Shown piece by piece: positions 1 through 12,414 of a DNA stretch of 64,000 bases. A program made the translations under genes and the position numbers. The stretch spans positions 98,831 to 162,830 of the forward strand of contig CADECM010000001.1 of NCBI GenBank assembly GCA_902825845.1, given 5' to 3'. Every line of letters begins with the position of its first letter. Within the stretch, counting starts at the first letter, position 1. The notes below the pieces were generated by a model. It was not told where the DNA came from, did not search any database, and was given only the letters and a program-made list of their open reading frames with translations. The stretch comes from an uncultured beta proteobacterium (GTDB lineage: Bacteria; Pseudomonadota; Gammaproteobacteria; Burkholderiales; SG8-41).

Positions 1-1188
<1,188 letters not shown>

Positions 1189-1215
1189 CTATATGTTTTT
1201 AAACAACATTTTATA

Positions 1216-1767
1216 ATGTCTCTTGCCCTTGATGATGCGCGGAAGATGCTGCGCGACGCGCAAGTCATATGCACCGCACAACAGGTCGATGCTGCCGTGG
1301 CGCGGGTGGCGGGTGACATCAATCGCTTACTGTCGGATGCCAATCCGCTGGTGCTATGCGTGATGCGCGGCGCGCTGGTGTTCGCCGGTCAACTGCTGCC
1401 ACGACTCGATTTCCCGCTGGAAGTGGACGTGCTCGATGTGACGCGCTACGGCGATGCCACGCGTGGCGGCGAACTCACGTTTCGCGCCATGCCGGCCGCC
1501 CAGGTGGCGGGTCGCGCCGTGCTGCTGGTCGATGATATCCTCGACCAGGGGATCACCCTCGCGGCGGTGCGTGAAAAATTGCTGGGCTTGGGCGCGCAAC
1601 GCGTGATGACCGCCATATTCGCGGTTAAAGAGACGGGTCGCGAAAAACCCATCAGCGCGGATTTTTTCGGCGTGACCGTGCCCGATGTGTACGTTTTTGG
1701 CTTCGGCATGGATGCACGCGGTTACTGGCGCAACCTGCCCGCGGTTTATGCATTGAACGAAGGATGA
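1216..1767 (+). CDS. hpt: hypoxanthine-guanine phosphoribosyltransferase-like type I PRTase
   Basis: 183 aa. PRPP-binding loop VLLVDDILDQGITL. Size typical of the HGPRT family. Confidence 0.8.
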   Translation: MSLALDDARKMLRDAQVICTAQQVDAAVARVAGDINRLLSDANPLVLCVMRGALVFAGQLLPRLDFPLEVDVLDVTRYGDATRGGELTFRAMPAAQVAGRAVLLVDDILDQGITLAAVREKLLGLGAQRVMTAIFAVKETGREKPISADFFGVTVPDVYVFGFGMDARGYWRNLPAVYALNEG

Positions 1768-1782
1768 ATTGAGAAGACGCCT

Positions 1783-2658
1783 ATGAAAGTCAAAAAAGCG
1801 GTATTCCCGGTCGCCGGTCTTGGCACGCGCTTTTTGCCGGCCACCAAGGCCAGTCCGAAGGAAATGATGCCGATCGTGGACAAGCCGCTGATCCAGTATG
1901 CGGTGGAGGAGGCGATCGCTGCCGGCGTCACGGAGCTGATTTTTGTGACCGGCCGCGGCAAGCGCGCGATCGAGGACCATTTCGACCGCGCGGTCGAACT
2001 GGAAATCGAACTGGAGCGCCGCCGCAGCCGCGATCTGCTGAAAATAGTGAAGGAAATCTTGCCTGCGAATGTGGCCTGCAGCTATGTGCGGCAGACCAAT
2101 CCGCTGGGTCTGGGACACGCCATCCTGTGCGCTGCGCCGCTGGTGGGCAACGAACCTTTCGCGGTGCTGCTTGCGGACGATCTGATCGCGGCCGAGACGC
2201 CCGTGCTCAAACAGATGGCGGCGCAATTCGAGCGCTTCAATTGCGCGGTGATCGCGGTGGAAAAAGTGCCGCGCCACAAGACGCGACAGTATGGCATCGT
2301 CAAGGTACGCCGCACGGCGTCGAATCTGGGGGCGATTACGCAGATCGTGGAAAAGCCGGCACCCGAGGATGCGCCATCGAATCTGGGCGTGGTGGGCCGC
2401 TATATATTGCCGGCCAGCATCTTCAGGCACTTGCGCGCGCTGCGCCCGGAACCCGGGCGCGAATTGCAATTGACCGACGCCATATCCAGCCTGCTGAATG
2501 TCGAGGCCGCCTACGCGTATCCGTTTGAAGGCGTGCGCTACGATTGCGGCAGCAAGCTGGGCTATGTGCAGGCGAATCTCGCCTTTGCGCTGGCGCATCC
2601 GGAAATCGGCGCCGATTTTCGGCGTTATGTCTCCAGCGGCGCGTGGAAGCGCCGCTAG
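1783..2658 (+). CDS. galU: UTP--glucose-1-phosphate uridylyltransferase
   Basis: N-terminal signature [34 protein letters not shown]. 291 aa. Confidence 0.95.
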   Translation: MKVKKAVFPVAGLGTRFLPATKASPKEMMPIVDKPLIQYAVEEAIAAGVTELIFVTGRGKRAIEDHFDRAVELEIELERRRSRDLLKIVKEILPANVACSYVRQTNPLGLGHAILCAAPLVGNEPFAVLLADDLIAAETPVLKQMAAQFERFNCAVIAVEKVPRHKTRQYGIVKVRRTASNLGAITQIVEKPAPEDAPSNLGVVGRYILPASIFRHLRALRPEPGRELQLTDAISSLLNVEAAYAYPFEGVRYDCGSKLGYVQANLAFALAHPEIGADFRRYVSSGAWKRR

Positions 2659-2672
2659 CCGGCGCGCAATTC

Positions 2673-3431
2673 ATGCTGGCAATTATCGGCGGCAGCAGTC
2701 TGTACGCGCTGGCGGCCATGCACATCACGCAGCGGGTTGACGTCGGCACGCCCTACGGCGCGCCGTCGGGCGCGCTGATACACGGGCATCTGAGCCAGCG
2801 CGAGGTATTGTTTCTGGCGCGGCATGGCGAGGGTCACCGCTTGCCGCCGCACAAGATCAACTATCGCGCCAATGTGTGGGCGCTGCGCGAGCAGGGCGCC
2901 ACCGCCATTATTGCGATAGCGACGGTGGGCGGCATCGGTGCCGCGTTCGCGCCGGGAACACTGGCGCTGCCGGACCAGCTCATCGACTACACCTGGGGCC
3001 GCCCCGCGACCTACTATGACGGCGATGGCAGTGGCGATGGCGGCGACCCGGTCACGCACATCGACTTCACCCAGCCGTACGATGCGCGGCTGCGCGCGCG
3101 GCTGTTGCGCGCCGCCCACGCGCTGCATGAATCGCTGCACGACGGCGGCACCTATGCTGCTACCCAGGGGCCGCGTCTGGAAACAGCCGCCGAAATACGG
3201 CGCCTTGCGCGCGATGGCGTGGACATGGTCGGCATGACCGGGATGCCGGAAGCGGCGCTTGCCCGCGAGTTGGGACTGCCCTATGCGGCGCTGACGCTGA
3301 TTGTCAATGCGGCGGCCGGTACCGGTGACAGCGGCAACCGCGTTGATTTGCCCGCAGCCGAGAGGCTTGCGCGCGCGGCGATGGCACGCGTGGAACGTAT
3401 CCTTGAAACGGTGGTATGCGATGGCGGTTAG
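2673..3431 (+). CDS. mtnP: S-methyl-5'-thioadenosine/thioinosine phosphorylase (MTAP/PNP family)
   Basis: LFLARHGEGHRLPPHKINYRANVWAL and MVGMTGMPEAALAREL. The ORF-track start 2544 overlaps galU, so the start is moved to ATG 2673 (MLAIIGGSS). Confidence 0.85.
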   Translation: MLAIIGGSSLYALAAMHITQRVDVGTPYGAPSGALIHGHLSQREVLFLARHGEGHRLPPHKINYRANVWALREQGATAIIAIATVGGIGAAFAPGTLALPDQLIDYTWGRPATYYDGDGSGDGGDPVTHIDFTQPYDARLRARLLRAAHALHESLHDGGTYAATQGPRLETAAEIRRLARDGVDMVGMTGMPEAALARELGLPYAALTLIVNAAAGTGDSGNRVDLPAAERLARAAMARVERILETVVCDGG

Positions 3432-3954
3432 ACCGGTCTTGCGCATGGGCGATCCGCGGCTGTTGCAGCCGTCGCGCCCGGTGAAAAAATTCCGCACGGC
3501 TGAATTGCAGGCGCTGATTGCCGACATGCGCGACACCATGGATGCGCTCGATGGCGCGGGGCTGGCCGCGCCGCAGATCGGCGTCAATCTGCAGGTGGTG
3601 ATCTTCGGCGTGCAAAAGAACCCGCGCTATCCTGATGCCGAGGACGTGCCCTTTACCATTCTCGTCAATCCCAAATTGACCCCCATCGGCGAGGCGGTCG
3701 ACGCGGCGTGGGAGGGCTGCCTGTCGGTGCCCGGCATGCGCGGCCTGGTGCCACGGTTTGTGAAACTGCGTTATCAGGGCTTTGACGAGAACGGCAGGAA
3801 GATAGACCGCAGGGTGAGCGATTTTCATGCGCGCGTGGTGCAGCACGAATGCGACCACCTCGACGGCATCCTGTATCCGATGCGCATCCGCGACATGCGC
3901 GATTTCGGCTTCACCGAAGAATTATTTCCGGGCGAAGAGATCGCCGAGGAATAA
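3421..3954 (+). CDS. def: peptide deformylase
   Basis: Motifs GLAAPQIG, EGCLSVPG and QHECDHLDG. Start moved to ATG 3421 (MAVRPVLRMGDPRL), overlapping the mtnP stop. Confidence 0.93.
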   Translation: MAVRPVLRMGDPRLLQPSRPVKKFRTAELQALIADMRDTMDALDGAGLAAPQIGVNLQVVIFGVQKNPRYPDAEDVPFTILVNPKLTPIGEAVDAAWEGCLSVPGMRGLVPRFVKLRYQGFDENGRKIDRRVSDFHARVVQHECDHLDGILYPMRIRDMRDFGFTEELFPGEEIAEE

Positions 3955-3958
3955 GCGG

Positions 3959-6559
3959 CTAGATTTTCAGTGTCTCCATGAGTGCGCTTTCCATGCGGAC
4001 CACTGCCTTGGCATCGCCCAGCACTTCGCCGGTGATCAAAAAGGTGTCTTCCGCGCGCGCGCCCAGTGTATTGATTTTGGCGGTGTGCAGATTGATGCCG
4101 TAGGTCAGAAACACGCGCGCGATGCGCGACAGCAGGCCGGGGCGATCGCCGGCAATGATGGAGAGCACGTGGTATACGCCACGTTCGTCTTTTTGAATGT
4201 TGACCTCGGGCGATATCGGAAAATGTCTTAGCTGCCGCGACAGCCGTGGCGTCGTCAATGGCGGTAATTCGCCCTTCAGGCGCAGCCGCTCGCCGAGTTC
4301 GTGTTCGATGTAGGCCGTCAGATCGCGGTAGTCCACGTTGGCGTTGTCCGGATCCTGAATCTGGAAGGTATCCAGGGCATAGCCGTGGGGCGCGGTGTAG
4401 ATGCGCGCTTCATGAATGTTGTAGCGTATGCTTTCAAAAAAGCCGCAGATGCGCGCGAACAGCTCCGCCTGGTCCGGTGCATACACCATCACCTGCAGGC
4501 CTTCGCCGGCGCGCGAGGGACGCGCCTTGATCACCGGCGCCGGCGCCAAGGGACGATAGTAGAGCGTGCGTGTGTGCCAGGCGATTTCCTGGGGTTCGTG
4601 GCGCAGAAAATAGGCGGTATCGAGCTTGCGCCAGAATTGGTCGATGGCGTCGTCGCCGATGGCATACAGCCGCAGCGTGGCCCGCGCCTCGTCCTGGCGC
4701 ACGCGGCGGCTGTTTTCCGTGGTGCGGCGGTTGCCGGTGAGCGTGCGCAACGTGTAGAGAAACAGATCTTCGAGCAGTTTCCCCTTCCACGCATTCCATA
4801 CCTTGGGGCTGGTGCCGCGGATGTCGGCGACCGTCAGCAGATAGAGTGCGATGAGCCGGCGTTCCGTGCCCACCCGGGCGGCGAACGCCTGAATGACTTC
4901 GGGATCAGACAAATCCTGCTTCTGCGCGGTGTTCGACATCATCAAATGCTGTTCGACCAGCCATTCCACCAGCGCACAGTCGTCGACGGACAGACCGTGG
5001 TCTTTGCAAAAACGTGCGGCGTCGGTTTTGCCAAGAACGGAGTGATCACCGCCGCGGCCCTTGGCGATATCGTGAAACAGGCCCGCGAGATACAGCACTT
5101 CGGATTTGTCGAATTCCGACATAAGCCGGCTGCACAGCGGAAATTCATGCGCGAGTTCGGGCACGGCAAAGCGGCGCAGATTGCGGATCACGCGCAGGAT
5201 ATGCTCGTCGACGGTGTAGACGTGATACAGATCATGCTGCATCTGTCCCACGATCTTGCCGAATGCCGGCAGGTAACTGCCGAGAATGCCCAGCTGATTC
5301 ATGCGGCGTAGTTCGCGGATCACGCGGGCGGGGCTGCGCAGGATGTCGAGGAATTGTTCGCGGTGCCGCGGCTGGCGCCGGTAGGCCGGACCCATGCGCT
5401 TGCGCGCGCGCCACAATGCACGCAAGGTATTGGCGCCTATACCCTTGATTTCAGGGTGTTTTTGCAGCAGCAGAAAGGTTTGAAGGATGGCTTCCGGGTG
5501 TTCCTCGTAGATCGCGTCGTGACGGATTGCGAGCGCTTCATTGCGCACGCCGAAGTGCTCATCCGATGCCCGGGGCAGCGCACGAAGCTTGATGTCGCGT
5601 GCTCCGGTAAGACGCGAGCGCAAGTTCTCCTGCACGATGTTACCGATCTGCGAAACGGCATTGGCAGACCGGTAATAGCGTTGCATCAACTGTTCGCTGG
5701 CCAGACGGTCGGGACGATTGGACAAGCCGAACTGCTTTGCAAGCGACGATTGCAGGTCGAATATCATCCGGTCCTCGCGCCGGTTGGACAGGTAGTGCAG
5801 GCGGATGCGCACGATGTGCAGGAAGCGTTCGTGGCGCTGAATGTCGCGTGCTTCGGTGGCGGTGATCAGTTCGCGGCGCACCAGGTCACGCCAACTCGTG
5901 CCGAATCCGGCTGCGCGCGCAACCCAAATTATGTGATGCAGATCACGCAGGCCGCCGGCGCGTTCCTTGACATTGGGTTCGAGGTTGGTTTCCGCAAAAC
6001 GCGCATGGCGCTGCTGTTGTTCGAGCCGCTTGGCCTGCATGAACGCGAGCGGATCGAGCGCCTCCCGCGTCTCGCGGACAAAGGCCTGGTAGAGTCTTCG
6101 GTTACCGGCGAGCAGGCGCGGTTCCAGCATATTGGTTTGCGCGGTGATATCCTGCCGCGCGATCTGCGCGCACTCGGCGACAGTACGCACGCTATGGCCG
6201 GTTTCCAGTCCCATATCCCACCACGCGCCGACCAGACGCTGCAGTTTCTCCTGCAGCGCTGCGTCCGCCGCAGCGTCGAGCAGAATCAACAGGTCGATAT
6301 CGGAATGGGGAAACAGTTGTCCACGTCCGTAGCCCCCCACCGCCACCAGCGCCAGGCCCGAAGGCAGATCATGATCGAGCCACACCTCGCGCAGCAGATG
6401 GTCCACCAGTGCGCAGTGCTTGCGCAGCAGGGTGGCAGCGGCGGGCTTTGCTTCGAACGCGGCTCGCAGCGCGGCGCGCGCTTCTTCCAGCGATTGTTTC
6501 CAGCGCTGCGCCGGTGCCGCGCTGACGTCTTCAGCCAACCCGGGCAAAGCGCCGGACAT
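3959..6559 (-). CDS. glnD: [protein-PII] uridylyltransferase/uridylyl-removing enzyme
   Basis: 866 aa. Nucleotidyltransferase motif GGYGRGQLFPHSDIDLLIL, HD domain and two C-terminal ACT-like regions. Confidence 0.95.
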   Translation of the reverse strand: MSGALPGLAEDVSAAPAQRWKQSLEEARAALRAAFEAKPAAATLLRKHCALVDHLLREVWLDHDLPSGLALVAVGGYGRGQLFPHSDIDLLILLDAAADAALQEKLQRLVGAWWDMGLETGHSVRTVAECAQIARQDITAQTNMLEPRLLAGNRRLYQAFVRETREALDPLAFMQAKRLEQQQRHARFAETNLEPNVKERAGGLRDLHHIIWVARAAGFGTSWRDLVRRELITATEARDIQRHERFLHIVRIRLHYLSNRREDRMIFDLQSSLAKQFGLSNRPDRLASEQLMQRYYRSANAVSQIGNIVQENLRSRLTGARDIKLRALPRASDEHFGVRNEALAIRHDAIYEEHPEAILQTFLLLQKHPEIKGIGANTLRALWRARKRMGPAYRRQPRHREQFLDILRSPARVIRELRRMNQLGILGSYLPAFGKIVGQMQHDLYHVYTVDEHILRVIRNLRRFAVPELAHEFPLCSRLMSEFDKSEVLYLAGLFHDIAKGRGGDHSVLGKTDAARFCKDHGLSVDDCALVEWLVEQHLMMSNTAQKQDLSDPEVIQAFAARVGTERRLIALYLLTVADIRGTSPKVWNAWKGKLLEDLFLYTLRTLTGNRRTTENSRRVRQDEARATLRLYAIGDDAIDQFWRKLDTAYFLRHEPQEIAWHTRTLYYRPLAPAPVIKARPSRAGEGLQVMVYAPDQAELFARICGFFESIRYNIHEARIYTAPHGYALDTFQIQDPDNANVDYRDLTAYIEHELGERLRLKGELPPLTTPRLSRQLRHFPISPEVNIQKDERGVYHVLSIIAGDRPGLLSRIARVFLTYGINLHTAKINTLGARAEDTFLITGEVLGDAKAVVRMESALMETLKI

Positions 6560-6562
6560 GGC

Positions 6563-7381
6563 TCAAGCAGACTCCGGCGGCGGCGGCATGCCGGGGGACA
6601 CGGTGAGCACCTCGAATCCGCTGTCAGTCACCAGCACCGTATGCTCCCATTGTGCGGAAAGACTGTGGTCCTTGGTGACGATTGTCCAGCCGTCGGCAAG
6701 CGCGCGGATATCGGCTTTGCCTGCGTTAATCATCGGCTCAATGGTAAACGTCATGCCCGCGGTGAGCGGCAATCCCGTGCCGGGGCGCCCATAATGCACG
6801 ACCTGCGGCTCTTCGTGAAATTTCCTGCCGATGCCGTGGCCGCAGAACTCGCGCACCACGCTGAAGCCGTTTGCTTCGGCATGGCTTTGTATGGCGTGTC
6901 CGATATCGCCCAGACGCGCGCCGGGCGCCACTGTGCGAATGCCGCGCCACATGCACGCGTAGGTGATGTCACACAGCCGCCTGGCCTGTATTGAAGGCTG
7001 GCCGACGTAGAACATGCGGCTGGTGTCGCCGTGCCAGCCATCCTTGATGACCGTGATGTCGACATTGACGATGTCGCCGTTCTTCAGTTTCTTTTCGCCG
7101 GGTATGCCGTGGCAGATGACGTGGTTGACCGAGGTGCAAATCGACTTCGGATACGGCGAATAGCCGGGCGGGCAGTAGTTGAGCGGGGCGGGCACGACTC
7201 TTTGCTGATCCACCATATAGTCGTGGCACAGGCGGTCGATCTCGCTGGTGGTGCGGCCGGCTACAATAAAGGGCGCAATGTAATCGAGCACGTCCGCGGC
7301 AAGTTTCCCGGCGACGCGCATTCCTTCTATGTCGACCGGCGATTTGATGTCTATGGGCATGCGATTGACGTGCGAACGCAC
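6563..7381 (-). CDS. map: type I methionine aminopeptidase
   Basis: GDIVNVDITV, FCGHGIG, FTIEPM and QWEHTVLVT metal-ligand contexts. 272 aa. Confidence 0.95.
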   Translation of the reverse strand: MRSHVNRMPIDIKSPVDIEGMRVAGKLAADVLDYIAPFIVAGRTTSEIDRLCHDYMVDQQRVVPAPLNYCPPGYSPYPKSICTSVNHVICHGIPGEKKLKNGDIVNVDITVIKDGWHGDTSRMFYVGQPSIQARRLCDITYACMWRGIRTVAPGARLGDIGHAIQSHAEANGFSVVREFCGHGIGRKFHEEPQVVHYGRPGTGLPLTAGMTFTIEPMINAGKADIRALADGWTIVTKDHSLSAQWEHTVLVTDSGFEVLTVSPGMPPPPESA

Positions 7382-7710
7382 GGTAGATCCTCATTTTGAA
7401 AAGTCGGGTATTGTAAGTCATGGCGTGCCCGATCTTACGGGTGAATCCATGTGCAGGGTAACCATATGTTTTTAAAGTGGTTTTTATGGGATCCTGGCGC
7501 GGCATGGAATATCGGTACGGTTGGAATGTGGTCACTCAACGTGCTAAAATACGAAGTTAAGCTGAATTGGTTTTACCGGCGATTTTCGCTGGCAGCCAGA
7601 CGGCTGAAAATACGCACATCCGCCAGAATCACGATGAATGGGTGTTCCCGCATGGGCTTGCGGGAATATGGAGGCGGATGGAGGCTCAACCCAAAAACGG
7701 AGAAGTAAAG

Positions 7711-8454
7711 ATGTCAGTCACCATGCGTGAAATGCTGGAATGCGGCGTCCACTTTGGACACCAAACCCGCTTCTGGAATCCCAGGATGGCCCCTTATATA
7801 TTCGGTCATCGCAACAAGATTCACATTGTCAATCTTGAAAAAACCCTGGTCCTCTACCAGGCAGCCATCAAATTCGTCCGCCAGCTGACGGCCAACCGCG
7901 GCACCGTTCTGTTTGTCGCGACCAAGCGCCAGGCGCAGGAGATCATTCGAGAGGAGGCGTTGCGCTGCGCCACGCCCTTCGTCGACGACCGCTGGCTGGG
8001 CGGCATGCTCACCAACTACAAGACCGTCAAGCAGTCGATCAAGCGCCTGAAGGATATGCAGGCGATGGTTGCAGATGGTTCGGTGGAAAAGCTGCTGAAG
8101 AAGGAAGGTCTGCTGTTCCAGCGCGAGTTGGCCAAACTCGAACGCAGTCTGGGCGGAATCAAGGACATGGACGGTCTTCCGGATGCCATGTTCGTGATCG
8201 ATGTCGGGTATCAGAAGAATGCCGTGGCCGAAGCCAACAAACTGGGCATTCCGGTGATTGGCGTGGTGGATACCAATCACACGCCGATCGGCGTGGATTA
8301 TGTCATTCCCGGCAATGACGACTCGAGTCGCGCCATCCGGCTCTACGCTCGGGGCATGGCCGACGCAATTCTCGAAGGCCGCAATGACAGCCTGCAAGAG
8401 ATTGTGGCGCCGGGCGGCGAGGAATTCGTCGAAGTCGAAGAAGACGGCAGATAA
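7711..8454 (+). CDS. rpsB: 30S ribosomal protein S2
   Basis: [26 protein letters not shown]. The ORF-track start 7567 is an in-frame leader extension. A GGAG-type RBS precedes ATG 7711. Confidence 0.96.
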   Translation: MSVTMREMLECGVHFGHQTRFWNPRMAPYIFGHRNKIHIVNLEKTLVLYQAAIKFVRQLTANRGTVLFVATKRQAQEIIREEALRCATPFVDDRWLGGMLTNYKTVKQSIKRLKDMQAMVADGSVEKLLKKEGLLFQRELAKLERSLGGIKDMDGLPDAMFVIDVGYQKNAVAEANKLGIPVIGVVDTNHTPIGVDYVIPGNDDSSRAIRLYARGMADAILEGRNDSLQEIVAPGGEEFVEVEEDGR

Positions 8455-8472
8455 AGCAGCTTCAGATACATC

Positions 8473-8507
8473 AAGGGGCGGCTCGCAGCGATGGGCCCCC
8501 CTTTTTT
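8473..8507 (+). terminator. putative weak intrinsic terminator/attenuator between rpsB and tsf
   Basis: AAGGGG...CCCCTT stem followed by a T6 run. The loop is large, so this is a weak call. Confidence 0.35.
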
Positions 8508-8524
8508 AACGGACGGAGTTTGGT

Positions 8525-9460
8525 ATGGCGGAAATTACCGCGGGAATGGTGAAGGAACTGCGCGAGAAGACCGACGCGCCGATGATGGAATGCAAGAAGG
8601 CGTTGACCGAAGCGGCCGGCGATATGGCAAAGGCGGAGGAAATTCTGCGCGTGAAGCTCGGCAATAAGGCCAGCAAGGCCGCGTCACGCGTGGCGGCTGA
8701 AGGGGTGGTCGCAACCTATATTGATGCCGACGGCAAGCTGGGCAGCATCGTTGAAATCAATTGCGAGACCGATTTCGTGGCGAAGAATGAGGATTTTCTG
8801 GGCTTCAGTCACGCGGTGGCCGGGCTGGTGGCGGATAAAAATCCAGCCGACGTGGCGGCATTGTCCGCGCTGGAGATGAAAGGTGCCAGCGTCGAGGAAA
8901 CACGCAAGGCACTGGTCGGCAAGATCGGCGAAAATGTCAGCGTGCGCCGTTTTGTGCGCGTGGCGGCCAGGGGCAAGCTCGCATCGTATATCCACGGCGG
9001 CTCGAAAATAGGCGTATTGATCGATGTCGCGGGCGGTGAAGACACGCTGGGCAAGGATCTGGCGATGCATATCGCCGCCAGCAAGCCGAGGGCGCTGGAT
9101 GCTTCCGGGGTGCCGGCAGATGTGATTGAAACCGAGCGCCGTATCGCAACTGAAAAGGCGGCCGAGGACGCGGCCAAGTCGGGCAAGCAGATACCCCCCG
9201 ACATTCTGGCAAAGCGCGTCGAAGGCTCGGTGCTGAAAATTCTGAAGGAGCTGACGCTGCTGGGCCAGCCCTTTGTCAAGAATGACAAGCAAACCATCGA
9301 CCAGCTGCTGAAGTCGAAGCATGCATCGGTGGCGTCATTCGCGTTGTACGTGGTGGGCGAAGGGCTGGAGAAGAAGAAGGATGATTTTGCAGATGAAGTC
9401 AAGAAGGCTGTCGAACAAGCAAAGAAGAACGACAGTGGTGAAGATCGGGTGACTGCGTAA
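8525..9460 (+). CDS. tsf: translation elongation factor Ts
   Basis: N-terminal [24 protein letters not shown]. Conserved rpsB-tsf synteny. Confidence 0.96.
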   Translation: MAEITAGMVKELREKTDAPMMECKKALTEAAGDMAKAEEILRVKLGNKASKAASRVAAEGVVATYIDADGKLGSIVEINCETDFVAKNEDFLGFSHAVAGLVADKNPADVAALSALEMKGASVEETRKALVGKIGENVSVRRFVRVAARGKLASYIHGGSKIGVLIDVAGGEDTLGKDLAMHIAASKPRALDASGVPADVIETERRIATEKAAEDAAKSGKQIPPDILAKRVEGSVLKILKELTLLGQPFVKNDKQTIDQLLKSKHASVASFALYVVGEGLEKKKDDFADEVKKAVEQAKKNDSGEDRVTA

Positions 9461-9499
9461 TTATTATTCAAAAACAGTAACTTACATAAATATATTAAT

Positions 9500-10219
9500 A
9501 TGGCTGACAAACCCGTCTACAAGCGCATTCTCGTCAAGTTGAGCGGCGAGGCACTGATGGGCGACGACAGCTATGGCATCAACCAGACGGTGATCGACCG
9601 CATCGTCGGCGAGATCGCCGATGTTGCCAGGCTGGGCGTGGAAATCGCCGTGGTGATTGGGGGCGGCAATATATTTCGCGGCGTGGCGCCGGCTGCGCGG
9701 CACATGGACCGCGCCACGGCGGATTACATGGGCATGCTGGCCACCATCATGAACGCGCTCGCGCTGCAGGACGCCATGCGTCGGGTTAACGTCATCAGCA
9801 GGGTGCAGTCCGCGTTGAACGTGGAGGCCGTGGTGGAACCTTATATCCGCGGAAAGGCGATGCGCTATCTGGAAGAAGGCAAGATCGTCATCTTTGCGGC
9901 GGGCACGGGCAATCCGTTCTTTACCACAGACACCGCGGCGGCATTGCGGGGTATGGAGATGAACGCGGAACTGGTGTTGAAGGCGACCAAAGTGGATGGC
10001 ATTTACAGCGCGGATCCCAAGAAAGATCCGCAGGCCACGCGGTACAAGAAACTGACGTTCGACGAAGCCATCATCAGGAATTTGCAGGTCATGGACGCCA
10101 CGGCACTGACATTGTGCCGTGATCAAAAGCTGCCGATCAATGTGTTCAGCATCTTTGCGGCGGGCGCGTTACGCCGTATTGTGACCGGGGCCGATGAAGG
10201 TACCATGGTTGTTGCATAA
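9500..10219 (+). CDS. pyrH: UMP kinase
   Basis: [13 protein letters not shown] and GGGNIFRG. 239 aa. Confidence 0.96.
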   Translation: MADKPVYKRILVKLSGEALMGDDSYGINQTVIDRIVGEIADVARLGVEIAVVIGGGNIFRGVAPAARHMDRATADYMGMLATIMNALALQDAMRRVNVISRVQSALNVEAVVEPYIRGKAMRYLEEGKIVIFAAGTGNPFFTTDTAAALRGMEMNAELVLKATKVDGIYSADPKKDPQATRYKKLTFDEAIIRNLQVMDATALTLCRDQKLPINVFSIFAAGALRRIVTGADEGTMVVA

Positions 10220-10231
10220 GCGGAGAGAATC

Positions 10232-10789
10232 ATGATCGCCGATATCAAGAAGACAGCCGAACAAAGGATGAAAAAGTCGCTCGATGCGCTGAAGGTGGAT
10301 CTCGCAAAAGTGCGCACCGGCCGCGCGCATGCGGGCATTCTCGATCACGTAATGGTGGATTATTACGGTACCCCGACGGCCATCCCAGGTGTTGCCAACG
10401 TGACCTTGATCGATGCGCGCACCATCGGCGTTACGCCGTGGGAGAAAAAAATGACGCACGCCGTCGAAAAAGCGATTCGTGATGCGGATCTGGGGCTCAA
10501 TCCCAGTACCACTGGAGACATTGTGCGCGTGCCGATGCCGTTGCTGACCGAGGAGCGCCGGCGCGATCTCACCAAAATCGTCAAGGGTGAGGGCGAAAAC
10601 GCGAAGGTGGCGGTGCGCAACGTGCGGCGCGACGCGAACACCCAGTTGAAGGATTTATTGAAGAAAAAATCCATTGCTGAGGACGAAGAGCGCCGCGCGC
10701 AGGATGAAATCCAGAAGCTGACCGATCGCCACATCGCCGACATCGACAAGGCGCTGCAGGTGAAGGAAGCCGAGCTGATGGCGGTTTGA
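10232..10789 (+). CDS. frr: ribosome recycling factor
   Basis: 185 aa. [23 protein letters not shown]. Synteny pyrH-frr-uppS. Confidence 0.96.
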   Translation: MIADIKKTAEQRMKKSLDALKVDLAKVRTGRAHAGILDHVMVDYYGTPTAIPGVANVTLIDARTIGVTPWEKKMTHAVEKAIRDADLGLNPSTTGDIVRVPMPLLTEERRRDLTKIVKGEGENAKVAVRNVRRDANTQLKDLLKKKSIAEDEERRAQDEIQKLTDRHIADIDKALQVKEAELMAV

Positions 10790-11574
10790 TCCCAGTGGCC
10801 ATCGAGTCGAGTTCCACGCAAGCGATTCCCGAAGTTGGCGATACCCCGCGTCATGTCGCCATCATCATGGATGGCAACGGGCGCTGGGCCAAGCGGAGAT
10901 TTCTGCCGCGCATCGCCGGCCACAAGCAGGGTCTCGAGGCGGTACGCAATGTGGTGCGGGCTTGTATCGATTGCGGCGTGCAGTGCTTGACGTTGTTTGC
11001 GTTCAGCAGCGAAAACTGGCGCCGCCCCAAGGATGAAGTGAAGTTCCTGATGCAGCTGTTCATGTACGCCTTGGAAGAGGAGGTCAGCCGGTTGCATCAA
11101 AACGGCATTCGCCTGCGCATCATCGGCGATAGAAGTCCATTCGATCCCAAGCTGGTTCGACTCATGGTCGAGGCAGAAGAAAAAACTAAATTAAATCAAA
11201 TACTTACCGTTAACATTGCCGCCAACTATGGCGGGCGCTGGGATATCCTGCAGGCGTTGAACCGGTTGAGCCACGAGCAACCTGACAAGGCGGGACGCTA
11301 CGAGGAAAGTGATCTTGCGCCGTACTTGTCGCTGCATGACACCCCGGAGCCTGACCTGTTCATTCGCACCGGCGGCGAAAAGCGCGTGAGCAATTTTCTG
11401 CTGTGGCAGCTTGCGTATACCGAGTTGTATTTTACCGATACGCTATGGCCCGATTTCGATAGTCCGGCCCTGAATGCCGCGTTCGAGTCCTATCGCCAAC
11501 GCGAGCGGCGCTTCGGACGCACCAGCGAACAACTGCAGCTTGAAACGCCGCGACGCGATGTGGCCGGCGCTTGA
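10786..11574 (+). CDS. uppS: di-trans,poly-cis-undecaprenyl-diphosphate synthase
   Basis: [15 protein letters not shown] and [11 protein letters not shown]. The TTG start overlaps the frr stop. Confidence 0.93.
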   Translation: MIPVAIESSSTQAIPEVGDTPRHVAIIMDGNGRWAKRRFLPRIAGHKQGLEAVRNVVRACIDCGVQCLTLFAFSSENWRRPKDEVKFLMQLFMYALEEEVSRLHQNGIRLRIIGDRSPFDPKLVRLMVEAEEKTKLNQILTVNIAANYGGRWDILQALNRLSHEQPDKAGRYEESDLAPYLSLHDTPEPDLFIRTGGEKRVSNFLLWQLAYTELYFTDTLWPDFDSPALNAAFESYRQRERRFGRTSEQLQLETPRRDVAGA

Positions 11575-11604
11575 GTCTGACGTCTGTGGTGGATTGCCGC
11601 GGCA

Positions 11605-12414
11605 GTGCTAAGAACCCGGATCTACACCGCGCTCGTGCTGCTGCCGCTGCTACTCGCGGCGATGTTCTACGCGCCGCGGGTCGTTTGGGGCGGATTGCTG
11701 ATGGTGATGATGTTGATCGGCGCCTGGGAGTGGGGCGCCCTGGCGGGTTGGCGCCCGGCGGGACGAGTGGCATTCGCTTCTACGCAGGGCATTTTCGCAT
11801 TGATACTGTGGCAATTCGTTTACAGAGTCGACGTTCCCGATCTCCGGCTCAGCGTCGTCGTCTATGGCCTGTCATTGCTGTTCTGGCTCCTGATCGCCCC
11901 GTTGTGGCTGGCGCGCCAGTGGCGCGTAAGTTCACCGTTGGCGATGTTCGCCGCCGGCACGGTGTTGTTGCTGCCGGCGTGGTTGGCCCTGCTGCAAATG
12001 CAGGCGCAAGCGTGGTTATTGCTGATGCTGATGGCGATTGTGTGGATTTCAGATACCGCAGCGTATTTTTGCGGCAAACGCTGGGGGCGGCGCAGGCTCG
12101 CGCCCGATATCAGCCCGGGGAAAACCTGGGAAGGGGTTTACGGCGCATTGGCAGGCGTGACGGTATATTATCTGCTGCTGAGCACAACCGGAGCAGTTCC
12201 GCCAGGCATACTGCAGGGCTTGGCAGGGTGCGGGATTTTTGTGCTGCTGACGATATTAGGGGTGGAGGGCGACTTGTTCGAATCCTGGATCAAGCGTACG
12301 GCCGGCGTGAAAGACAGTGGCACGGTATTGCCGGGACACGGGGGGGTACTGGATCGCATTGACGCGCTGATTGCCAGTATGCCTGCCGCGGCCCTGATGT
12401 TAAGCGTGGGATGA
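11605..12414 (+). CDS. cdsA: phosphatidate cytidylyltransferase
   Basis: Polytopic membrane protein with C-terminal signature [29 protein letters not shown]. Confidence 0.93.
   Translation: MLRTRIYTALVLLPLLLAAMFYAPRVVWGGLLMVMMLIGAWEWGALAGWRPAGRVAFASTQGIFALILWQFVYRVDVPDLRLSVVVYGLSLLFWLLIAPLWLARQWRVSSPLAMFAAGTVLLLPAWLALLQMQAQAWLLLMLMAIVWISDTAAYFCGKRWGRRRLAPDISPGKTWEGVYGALAGVTVYYLLLSTTGAVPPGILQGLAGCGIFVLLTILGVEGDLFESWIKRTAGVKDSGTVLPGHGGVLDRIDALIASMPAAALMLSVG

Noticed and set aside
1354-2598. 414-aa ORF on the minus strand
   Set aside because: It is antisense to clearly identified hpt and galU. Arg/Ala/His-rich composition is typical of spurious antisense frames in GC-rich DNA.
5354-6994. 546-aa ORF on the plus strand
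   Set aside because: It is antisense to glnD and map, with no recognisable motifs. GC-rich shadow ORF.
7451-7708. 85-aa ORF and the in-frame extension upstream of rpsB
   Set aside because: This lies in the rpsB leader. S2 homology begins at ATG 7711, which has its own RBS.
11571-12362. 263-aa alternative-frame ORF overlapping cdsA
   Set aside because: The cdsA frame carries the CDP-diglyceride synthase signature and membrane helices. The alternative frame is Arg/Gly/Ala-rich noise.
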